This document shows, piece after piece, positions 51,020-62,617 of a stretch of DNA of 64,000 nucleotides. Positions within the stretch are counted from its first letter, which is position 1; each line of letters begins with the position of its first letter. Where the stretch lies: contig NW_002060945.1 of assembly GCF_000150275.1 (NCBI RefSeq), positions 8,076,011 to 8,140,010 on the forward strand, in the 5' to 3' direction. The notes below the pieces were generated by a model. That model saw nothing but the letters and a program-made list of their open reading frames with translations. It ran no database searches and was not told the origin of the DNA. This DNA comes from Trichoplax adhaerens (Eukaryota; Animalia; Placozoa). Both the position numbers and the translations under genes were made by a program.

Positions 51020-52130
51020 GGTACAGTACAGCGTACAGTACAGTACTGTACGCTCTACACGCCTAGTACTGTAGTGTACTGTACTGTACGTACAGTACAG
51101 TATACTGTAGTGTACAGTACTCGATCCAAATTGTACCGCCCCCCCTTTGGACAGGAGTGACAATGGTTATGCACGAAGTATCGTTTGGAATGGCGTCATC
51201 TCTGCCTCTTGACCCTTGACTGCAGTCAGTCAGCTACAGCACGTTTGATCTGCCAAGTGACGTGCCAGCGTTGCAAATCCTAATTGCAATGCAGTGCAGC
51301 CCAGTAGTATTTTGTGGATGGATTACTCAATGTAATAAGATGAATCAATCTCTGTGCCTTCGTTATGCTTGAAGTATAGTCCGATTTGAGTCAGGCTTAC
51401 ATCCAACTTCCAGAAGAACTGGACAATTTGGTTCTGCTGTACAGTGTACAAGTGTACAGTATACAGTAGTGTATACTGTATACACTCGTGTACTCGTCCG
51501 CCGCAAACGATGATCCATTTAGACTGCTATAATCCTATTTCTGGCGTACAGCCTACTGTAGCTAACTGAAGTTGAGTGATTGCGCAATACCTTATTACAG
51601 TCACAGTACTTTCCGTTATACGGTACTGTAGTGTACAGTGTACTGTACACTGCACAGTACTGTACTGTATGGTACTGTATGGTACTGTGTACAGTACAGT
51701 GACCACAGCGGCTCACCATTGAAGCCATCGCATTGCCATTGATGATTGGCTGAGTGTCTGCATTTCTCAGACAGTCGTGTCAATTCTCAGGGAAACGAAC
51801 CAACGCCACGACGTCCAACATAGGTGAATGACGCTTCCAAAGCGTCAAGGAAGTTGATTGCAACGCGTCCATTGAAATCAACGCAACTTCCAGAAGAACT
51901 TGGACAATTTGTTTATGCTGCACAAACGATGATCCATTTAGACTGCTATAATCCTATTTCTGGCGTACAGCCTACTGTAGTCAGCTGAAGTTGAATGATT
52001 GCGCAATACCTTGTTACAGTACAGTACTCTCCGTTATACAGTACTGTACACTGTACAGTGACCTAGACCTTGAGTGACCACAGCGGCTTACCATTGACGC
52101 CTTCGCATTGCCATTGATGATTGGCTGAGT
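51020..52130. promoter_or_regulatory. Bidirectional promoter RRP8/glycosyltransferase with palindromic TACAG/CTGTA arrays
   Basis: Lies between divergent starts at 50858 and 52426. Arrays occur at 51020-51122, 51436-51495, 51595-51700 and 52015-52060. Reverse CCAAT boxes (gatgattggctg) lie at ~51741 and ~52116. Confidence 0.65.
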
Positions 52131-52259
52131 GTCTGCATTTCTCAGACAGTCGTGTCAATTCTCAGGGAAACGAACCAACGCCACGACGTCCAACATAGGT
52201 GAATGACGCTTCTAAAGCGTCAAGGAAGTTGATTTCAACGCGTCCATTGAAATCAACGC
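51405..52259. repeat. Tandem duplication of promoter segment (copy A ~480 bp, copy B ~375 bp)
   Basis: aacttccagaagaact...tgatccatttagactgctataatcc...ccattgaaatcaacgc occurs at 51405-51884 and 51885-52259. Confidence 0.95.
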
Positions 52260-52425
52260 TACTGTCGTCAGTCTTGTGTCGCAAAGAAATGATTCCAATT
52301 TTGGGGGCACCCAGGTTGCCGCCACCTTGAATCCAATTTGAAAGCAAAAATTGGACTGTTGAGCATGGAATAATTCCAATCATTCCGTGGTAGGCATTGG
52401 TACCAAATTGATACAGTCAGCGCAG

Positions 52426-55400
52426 ATGGCTCGGTATACTTGTCATCAATTTTACATTCTTTTCCAACTATGTCTAGTATTGATTTTGATACAGTGGACA
52501 ATCCATCATGTCAATTATGCCAGTGATCGTTTATACCAACGCCGTAATGGCGCGTTCAAGCTGCATTCCCTACAGCAGTCAGTCCAAGTTGAAAAGGCGA
52601 ACCATAGGATCAGAAAATTAAGTAATAATAGTCGTCAATCAGTCAATTTAATCACCATCGAAAGTGCTAGACGTAGTAACCGTGATATCTTTCCTGTCAA
52701 GTCTTATTTTATACCAATGGTGATTTTTTCATCATTTCGGCTCCATTATATCACTCAATTATTACAATCATTAAAAGTGGCTGCTATGACTGCTAATTTA
52801 GATGGCGCAAGCCCTTGCTTATTTGTATTACATCGGAATAAGGATGTTTCACAACAGCATATCCGTGATATGCAACGACTGTTGAATACCATTCAATTTT
52901 GTAAGGTGTACCAGTGGAGAGTGCATGCTCCTAATCAAGGCAAAAGGACAGCTTCGTCCTTTAAAGCTGTCTGGTTTGATGCTGTTAAAAGAGCCTTTGA
53001 AAGCCAAAGTAAGTTCGAAATTAAAATACTGTAGTATGAATCCTGCGCTATGACCAAGTCGCGTAGCTCGTATTTCTTCTTCACAACGTAATAACTGGTA
53101 GTAGTAGATCAAGTTGTAATTCATATCAATTAGCATTGAATGGATCAAGGCCCATCATATTTTCTTGATAATTAACCAAAATGAGTACTAGTCTGGTTTT
53201 GTTACTTATTTTCTGTTCTATTGTCCATGATTATTATAATAATATTAATGATATGGAACACACGTTTGCGGTATACAACCTATCAAATGGACTGTATACA
53301 GTATGTTATGGCCAATCCTAGAACATCAACTCGACTATTTCTTTATACTTACTTTTCATTAGAATAAAGTCTGTTCTACAGCATTCTTATGGACAGACTG
53401 AATGGAGTTGACAAAATCTACTAATCGCTTACCTTGACTACTATTGGTACTCAAGATACGAAAATCACTCTTCTAATTTACTCACCACCGTAATACAGAA
53501 TAGTATACTATTATACCGGTGCTGTCTTCTTATTGATAGTGTACATAAAGTGTTTGTAAATGATTTTTTTTTCAAAACTTAATCAATCAATCATCATAAT
53601 GCAGAATACTAATCTACTATACAGTACTCTTATTAGCAGACTTCATGGAAATGATAGAAATCTATCAATAGCTATCGTAGTACTCTTTGGACTCTAGATA
53701 TTTCGTAAATGACTATTTCTTCAAACTTAATAATCACCATAAAATACAGAATACCATTCTAGTATACCGTACAGTATTATTATTAGCAGACATGCTAGAG
53801 AGGACACAATCTACTAATTACTCACGTACTACTAATTGTACTCAAAATAGATACTGGAATGATCTAGTTTACGTTTATGCATGCATATTCAGTTACTGAC
53901 AGTAGAATACAGCCGTTTTGATCACCTTTACTTTCTACACTCTGATAGGACTTTCTATGTCAGTAATGTCATCTTCAGCTGATTTGAAGCTGACTTGAAT
54001 GGTATCCTCAACTATATCAACTCGTATACCTTATGTGCGTTAACTCTATAATAAACTATAAATGATTGCTAGTAGAACAAAGATACTGTGTATGGAAGGT
54101 ACCCTCTTGCTATTGATCCAACCTAATGATGCCTTTTAACTGGAACGAGTCAATTTTCATTTATCAACATTTTTCCATAATTGAATGTGATTTATCAATC
54201 AATTGATCTGCTATATACAATTTATTACTAGTATGGTATTTTAGTGCCTCAAGTTCGAATATACTAATTAAACTATAATAATTCATATCAATCGAGATGC
54301 CAATTGCAATAGTACTCAGAATACTAATAGCTTATTCAATTATAATTTGTTCCAACAATTTTGATACTCTTAGTACCCATAATAGACGTTATATTATGCT
54401 AGGCCAAATATTACTTGATAATTCAGAATGTTGTCTTTTGTACCAAGATAGCTGGAAAGAATTTTTAAAGTATTCAACATAGATTACGTATTAAGCAACT
54501 GCTATGAATTATGAATTTTAAATTTGAGTGGTAGATGCAACTGTATTTGCTTTTATTGGATTGAATATATTACAACCGATATTCATGTTCTTTTGCCTAG
54601 TTTTAGTACCGATTCGTTTCCAGTAGTTAAATAATGTCGCTATTTGCTCGGGATTGGAATAGCGGCTATATTCAGACACTGTTAAAATTTGCGATTAATT
54701 GAACACTATTTCCTGATAGATAAAATAATAGGTTAATTTTCTACTTTATAGTATCCTTATTATGATGTATTACAATTCTATAGTATCGCCATGATATACA
54801 GTAAATATTTTAACAGACAATGAAGAACTGCTATAGCTTTGCTATAATGCGTAAAATTAGTTACAACAACCAATATAGCCTCTTTCACTCGTAACTTTCT
54901 GTGATCCTCCAAATTTCGAAGACTATACGTTTATCAGAGATGAATGAATAAAATCGATAAATTTTATAATGAGTTTCATAGTTATGCAACAGTTGAACTG
55001 CTAGTATTTAATCATCTATCTAGTTTCTCATATTTAGCAGTACATGAATATTAATCTAAATTCCTAGAGCCGTTACAGCAAATAGAGAACAAGCGTGAAA
55101 TTACGACGTGATATTCATTGAAATGTAATTTCCGGCATATGCATACTAGTAATAGATATGTGGTAACGTTTTTGCGATGTTGGTCTTACGTGAAGTACAA
55201 GTTCGCATACTACTGATGTAACTATAGATCAGGGGATACTGGATCCATTATGTATTCCTGTACATGATAACAACGGATAGAACATTTCATTTTGTGAAGT
55301 TAATTTCGCAATCTGTCCTAATCGATCATTTGCAATTACTGTATAATGGTAATGTTGCTTCAAAATTTACTTTAATAATAGTGAATGAAGACAAACAACC

Positions 55401-56423
55401 GCATATGTATTTAATGTAGTATCCAACCAATCATCCCGTAACCACAATGTATAATCTGTAAACTATGAGTGATATTGATTGATAATAAATTTAGCAGTAA
55501 TTCATGCACATCTTTTCGACATGTAACACCTAGCTTTTATCTTTGCATAATTTGTAACTTTAACCCATGATTTTTACGATTTTTATGATTTAATGTTGAC
55601 GTTGCCTGTAACGTTAGCAAAAAGTATACCTTTATGAACAACTTTACTGTAGGTCACAACACTAGCTAGTGCTATTTACAGGACGCACAAGTACAATTAT
55701 AGTAATGTTATTTTTTTATAACTTTTAGAGTTTGCTACTAGTACATCATCGTATGAAGATGATATCATCTTTTTGGAAGACGACATTATCTTATCGCCGG
55801 ATGCGTTAAAAGTCTTCAGATATGGTATTTATCAGAAAAATCGGCATAATAGCGTGATTGCTGTTGCATTAGGAGGTTGGTCGGGTGAGAACGTTATTAA
55901 TGCACATCCTGATACATTTATCGTGCGCCGTTCATTCCATTTTCCTTCTATGGCATATGCGTTTAATATGTCAACTTGGAAAATCATCAAGTCCTCTAAA
56001 TTCTTAAAGCATCGCAATAGAGATTGGTCAGAAGCTTTAGGCGATATCGTTAATAGACGATTGGGTTGGGTGCCTTATTTTATTGTACCTACACTTGGCC
56101 GTATTTGGCATATTGGTTCTCAAGGTTTAGGTTTAAGAGGAGATTCATCTATGAGGCGCCATGTTGAATTACGCGCTCATTGGACTAAGGCGCCACGATT
56201 AATTAATTTCCACAGTGCAAAAGTAAATAAAGGTTACAGAGATCTATTTGGTTTTTATTGTGGTCAATTTATTCTAAAGTCATCGTTATGTCCAAGATCA
56301 TATATTCGATTTCCTCCCGGCAGAAGGTTTGATATTATTTGCATAGATGCAGGGAATGGTCCGGAACCTTGCTTGCGGAAATATCCGTATCTTGAAAGAG
56401 ATTTTACTAATTGGATTCATTAA
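52426..56423 (+). CDS. Type II membrane GT-A glycosyltransferase, distant MGAT2/MGAT1/POMGNT1-like (2 coding exons: 52426-53008, 55729-56423)
   Basis: N-terminal TM segment FYILFQLCLVLILIQW. Motifs: MVIFSSFRLHYITQLLQSL, the metal motif IIFLEDDIILSPD, FPSMAYAF, DWS, and VPTLGRIWHIGSQG. The phase-1 intron joins in frame. Confidence 0.75.
53360..53870. repeat. Highly degenerate tandem repeat (~110-145 bp unit, 3-4 copies) in the glycosyltransferase intron
   Basis: Recurring segments: aatcaccataaaatacagaatac, tacagta..cttattagcagac and aatctactaat...tactcaa. Confidence 0.55.
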
Positions 56424-58770
56424 TTTGAAATGCATCGGCTTAAGCTTTGGTTGCATAATGGATTGCTACAATTCGCCCCATTATAACACGATATTTATTT
56501 ATCTTTACAATCTTATAAAGATTGTGAAGCGACCTTCATTGAAATCAAGATTTTATTTTGCGATTCATCCATAATCCGGTCCTAAAGTTAAATTTCGATA
56601 ATAGTACAATAATCCCAAAATATCGAAAATCGAAATAAGATTTACAAGAGCATTTTATGAATGTTTTAATGTTATTATACTTGACACTAAAGCATATATC
56701 TTGTAAAAAATTGATTCATCTGTTACTAAGAACAACTTAATGTATTAACACCTGCAGCTAACCGATGGCAACAAAAGACTTCATTGAATATCAGTTGCAT
56801 GACATGCCTATATATCCTGTCGTAAATTATTTAAATTTTAATTAGTTAAACAAATTAGTTATGCTGTATATGTTGCATCAATGGCATTCAGACTTTAAAT
56901 ATTGATTGAAGAACTGAGCGAGGCTTTCATAAGTTGGACTAGTATTCTGTTGATATATTTAATATGCTTAATTTTGATATATTTTAACTAATTAATTGCT
57001 GAAATATCTTTGTTATACCTAAATATATCCGAATTTACAAATCATTTCTGGTAGAAAATATGATCTAAAAATTGTACTAATTAAAATGAGCATAAGTTAA
57101 CCGTCAATAATATAATCTATGCAGTAATATGACAATGTATTGTACCATAGACTACTAGAAGAAACATAGTAGTCTATGATTGTGCATGCAGTGATATAAA
57201 ACTTATAATCCAGTATTTCTATAAAATTTTGTTAGTTAATACCGACTTATACCAAAAACTTTTCATTAATAAATATATTCAAGGTATAACAACCTTTACG
57301 TGCTTTTCTAATTTAATTTATCAACCAAAAAAATAACAGAGTAAACGTAATGCATAAGTGGATTATTTATGCCATTTTTGACAGTTTTCTTACTAGTAAC
57401 AGTTATCTGGTTTGAAGAGAGGATGAAGACGCATCGACTCCATTGCCTAACGATGATCTATTAATCCTAGCTTAAAATATTTTAGTTCAAAAACAAACGA
57501 TTACGTTCGGTAAACAATATACAGTACTTTTGTACTTTATGAAAATCGGTACGTCAATGCGAATGCACACTGTACTACACTACCATACTGGTTAATCTTT
57601 TCTCCTTTTCAACTTATTTAATTTATAGATAAACAACCCAATAAATATGCTACTGTACGTACAGGATTTCAAGAAATCTATCGTTAAGTCATTTCAAATA
57701 TCGTCCAGTAACACTAAATCTTGCGCTGAGAACTGCATAGAAATTGAGATTACTGTTTGGTGTTAAAATTTTAATATCATGTAATGGTAGCTTAAATTGT
57801 AATACTAGTACATTTCTTGCACGTCATCGTGGTCTCCAATTTCCTTTTATGTTATTTTGTTTTAATTTGATATCGAAAAATCAATATGTAACAATAAGCA
57901 ATTGCAATTTAAAGAATTACTTATTTAATATTTTTCGGTTATATATTAGGTTATCTATACATAAATTGGATGTTCATATTGACAATTTCTGGTCTACAAT
58001 AGTTTGCGGATAATCATTTATCAAGTCTTCAATCTGCTACGTTAATTATTTATGTCATTAAGCAATAGCTTTAAATAATGAAGAGCCAAGCTAATGCCAT
58101 AATTTTATAATGAACTTCGCCCCGCTGTAACTTAACCACAAAAGGAATAACTAATGAGATTATTTAACTTTAACCCACATATAATAAGGCATAATCAATA
58201 CAGAGTTGCTAATGCAAGCTTTTGATTGTTTACGATCAAGCTAAAGAAACTTTCGCTAAAATTTTGAAATTAGAGTGAGTATAAATAAATAAGACAAGGT
58301 TTACATCATTTTAAAACATTATATGGTTGCCTCTCATCAATTTTATAAATTGATAATCTAGGTATCCGTTTTTTTCTGTCAAAAAGGCTTAACAAATAAT
58401 TAAAATACAATACACCGAATGCAAAGTGATCTGCACGTATACTTGTTACGGCCAATGTCGGTAATCCCAACGTTACCGGTAATGGTACTAATTAAATGAC
58501 GGTGGAAATCATCTAATTGAATACAACAGACGCTATTTTAAATAATTATAGTATATTTACATAGTAGGTTTAATAAAATTTTACTATTCATAGCATACAT
58601 ACAATCTAGAGCTGCAACACTGGATTTAATTACATATCACAATCTTCATTAAATTTTAATATTACTGTGTCATCATATCCAATTATTCTCATTAATTAAT
58701 CGCGTCAATCAATTACGTATGATAATTCATTCATGATTTTGAGAACAATGCTTGCGGTTACCAGTATGTA

Positions 58771-58780
58771 TATATAAATA
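58771..58780 (+). promoter_or_regulatory. Candidate TATA box of the astacin gene
   Basis: TATATAAATA lies ~120 bp upstream of the ATG at 58898. Confidence 0.45.
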
Positions 58781-58897
58781 GCCTAGGTTCAATTTAGAAT
58801 TCCGAATTGGTCGATAGATCATCTTCCAAACTGGGTAGTTATTTATCTAAGTAATTGACTATAAAGCAATATTCACCACAGCATTTACCTAGAGAAA

Positions 58898-61800
58898 ATG
58901 ATGTTGAAAAGATCATCTTTGCGGGTATTACTTGTGATTGTCCTTGCCGTTGTAGTTTTGACATGGCAAGATGGCGTAGAAGCAAGAACTGGTCCTAGAC
59001 CACATCGAAAACTAAGTAACATTTTAAGCAAAACCAGTCATCATTCATGGATGACCTCCAACAGCTTCGGAACCAAAGTCCTCAATCGCTATTTGAACTA
59101 CTTTGATGATATATTGAAAGCTAAATGCATCACACAAAAAGGAACCAAATTTCGCTTCAGTAAACGATGGTATGATTTTTTTCGACGATTTTGGCGTTTA
59201 CGCAAGAGAAGACAATTCAAATTCTTCCCTCATACAAAATTCAGTACAAACGAGAAATTTCGCAATCGAACGTTCGATAATTTCTGTTACGGCTCTTTAC
59301 TCGATTTAAGTAACGCAGAATTCATTTATTCCAAGATCGATGCTGGCAATAAAAGTAAATAAAATAAGTTACTACTATCCACTGCTTTACATTGCTATTG
59401 AGAGTTCTTTGATAGAATAAAGCTATTTGCATAAAATGAGTGATAGCTTGATCTTGGGCTAGCTTAATTCTCAATTTGTGAGGTAGTAAAATAAATAATA
59501 TCACGGATTATTGCGTTGCAATATGTCAAATATAATGCGAATAACTCTTAATTTTTTAAATTCTACCTTATTTTTTTAGAACGCGGCCGAAAGATTAAAT
59601 ACTCCTTATGGGAAGGTGATATTTTAATACCTGATACAACTATGGATGCATTCTTAGAGATCGTAAAGAAAAATTCAAGTAAATCCGGCACTCGAGCAGA
59701 TTTTGATATACAAACTGGAATAAGTGGCTCTTTGTGGACTGATAATATAGTCCCGTATCAGTTTGCTTCTGGCTATTGTAAGTATCATATTATCATCATT
59801 TCAAGTCGATTGGATGTACTAATAATAATTCTGATACTATCACAAATCTTTAACAGCCCAAACTGATCAGCAAAATGTTAAAGCAGCAATGCAACGTGTG
59901 GAATCTCAAACTTGCGTCAAATTCGTTCCTAGAACCACAGAAATCAACCATATTGTGATCAACGCACTGACAGGGTAAGCTTAAAGTTATCCATCAATAG
60001 ATATTACAGAATTAATATAATTATGGATAACATAAGTATATATTCACTCTATTTGACCATCTTTACAGCTGTTCATCACTTATTGGAATGCATTCAGGAG
60101 CACAAACTTTATCCCTTGATAATTATTGCGCATCTCAACCGGGCATCATCGAACACGAATTGGCTCATACTTTAGGAATGCACCATACGCATTCCAGAGT
60201 CGATCGCGACGATTACGTCGCTGTTAATTTCAGCAATATTAGTCCAAGTTAGTACATGAAATAGTTAACCTTCGTCTTGTATAATATTATTTTAAATGAC
60301 TGTATCATAATTATATCAATAACCTGTGTTTACGCGTGTGCCGGCATAAAATCTTAATCACATGTTTTACGAGGAAAGACCAGAATTAATATCATAATGA
60401 ATAACATGCCATATTCTAACGTAGAGTTCAAGAGATTTTATTATCGTGACATCTAAAACTATAAGTAAAGAACTGAATTTACATCATAATAAAGAAGATA
60501 ATATAATCTAGTATTGAGTACTATAATGAGACATTTTCATCCTATTTTGATATAGTGTCTTTTTTTCATGAAGAAACAAAACGATGATTACTCGCTTAAT
60601 CATATAATCTCAACTCTCCTATATTTTCTTTGCACTCCTTAGAATTATTACACAATTTCAACATTTATCCTAATGTCCATTCGGATCCACTTAGCATCGA
60701 ATATGATTACTTTTCGGTCATGCACTATAGCGAGAGCGACCATGCCATAGATGACGATATACCTGTAATTGATCCACATGTTGAACAAGCAAGCATCGGA
60801 CAACGTGATGGTAGCAGTTACTTAGATTATGTCACGATTAATCAAATGTATGATTGCTACGGTAAGCAATATAATAGCTAAAAAATCGTATAGTTGATCA
60901 CTTAAAATGACCTTAAATGATAGTATAGAGGACATTTTATTTGTATTTGAGGACTCTAATAAATATTACTATAACTGTGTATCGTATTTGAGTCGATTCT
61001 ACTCGACGGAGTAATTCTAGCAATTGATGTTCTAAATCCAATTACAGTAGTAATATTGTTGCGATCAATAGATTTTAGTAAGACGATAAAGGTGGCATAC
61101 TGGTGATGACATGATCTTTCTTAGGATATCAGAAGCATTACAGATTGACCAATTCAACGTCATACAATTTTGATTTTAAATTTATATAAACATGTACTTG
61201 ATGCTAATCATGATTTTAGACAACTGTAACTAAAGTTATAAGGATATACTTATATTCAAACTACAAAACACCTTTGTCAATTGATTGATTTACTTCCGTA
61301 AAGAAAAGAAAATCAAAATACAGTATAGTTAGTTCGGATAGAAGTCTCTATCGACATGTTCAAGATACTAGTAGAACATTTTGGTATGATACTCCGCTTT
61401 TGTATACAGTTTCGACTCCTAAATATAGTATATAATTACATGTATACTAGTATCATGGTTCTACCTAAAAGTCGAACTCTTATAGATAGCTGTTTCAAAT
61501 ACTATAATTACTGGTATATCTAAGCCTGTTCATTGGTCTGTCATTATAGACAAAACTCCTCATTACTGGCCTATGGATGAAATCGATGAAACGAATGGTT
61601 ACATCTTGGGTAGCGATCTTATCTATCCTCCTCCTGCTAGTACTCGAAGTTCTGAATATTTGTTAGGCCTAGATGTTGGTTATAAACTTAGTGCATTACG
61701 CGTTCGCGGTGCTGATTCCTTTGCCGACATCGGCTCTTATCCAAATAAATGTGTGGTTGATCCTGAATTTTGCAGCAATGGCTTAACTGTAGCTTTCTGG

Positions 61801-62617
61801 TATAAGTTCGACACTGCAACATTACCAACGCCAACCTACTTGATATCAACCATGAACGAGAATTTACTTATTGATGCGGATCGCGGCTATGAAATAGTAG
61901 TCAATCGTGCCTTTAATGATAAACTCCTCTTTAGAATCTCTATTGTCCAACAAACAACTTGCTATATTGGATCAACTTTACCTTTCGGTGATTACATCAA
62001 CGATAACTGGGGTCATTTTGCTTTCACTTGGGATGCAACAATAGGTATGAAAGTAATTAAATTAAAAGAACGATTTTACATGACCGATTGGTAATCTATA
62101 TAATAATTGTTACTATATGGACGAATTTTGTGTCTCTATCAATAGGTGTTCAAATGTACGTCGATGGAGTTAGCCAAGGCTTTTCTGTCCCATGTGGAAT
62201 TTTAGGTTCTTCATTTAGTGTTGACGAGAAAAATCCATCATTAATCATTGGAAAACCTGCTAGTTTACCTGATAATCAATATAATACTGACTTTTATATG
62301 GGTAAGATACAGTAATAGCTGCTTCGTTGATAAAAATATTACTGATTAATCATTTAGCTAATGTAAGGTCATCATGCAAAGATGAGATTTAAATAGTAAA
62401 GAATTCGTTTCAATGACTATTTTCTATGCGGAGATTATTTTAATCTGTGTTTTGATGTATTTTAGATGATTTGGTAATATGGGAGAAATCCTTGAGTAGC
62501 AATGAAATTAATAGCATAAGAAATGGCGGTCCTTATCACGATATGCCGAGTAATGTCGGCAGCCTTGGCAGAAGAGAGATTGTTATAGGAACTGTGGCCG
62601 GTTACACGGAATTGTAA
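58898..62617 (+). CDS. Secreted astacin (M12A) zinc metalloprotease with C-terminal LamG/pentraxin-like domain, 8 coding exons
   Basis: Signal peptide; pro-peptide motif WEGDILI; LWTDNIVPY; TCVKFVPR; HELAHTLGMHHTHSRVDRDDYV (HExxHxxGxxH); Met-turn YDYFSVMHY; IGQRDG. Then HYWPMDE...CSNGLTVAFWYK...WGHFAFTWD..GVQMYVDG...DDLVIWEKSLS, ending YTEL*. Confidence 0.92.
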
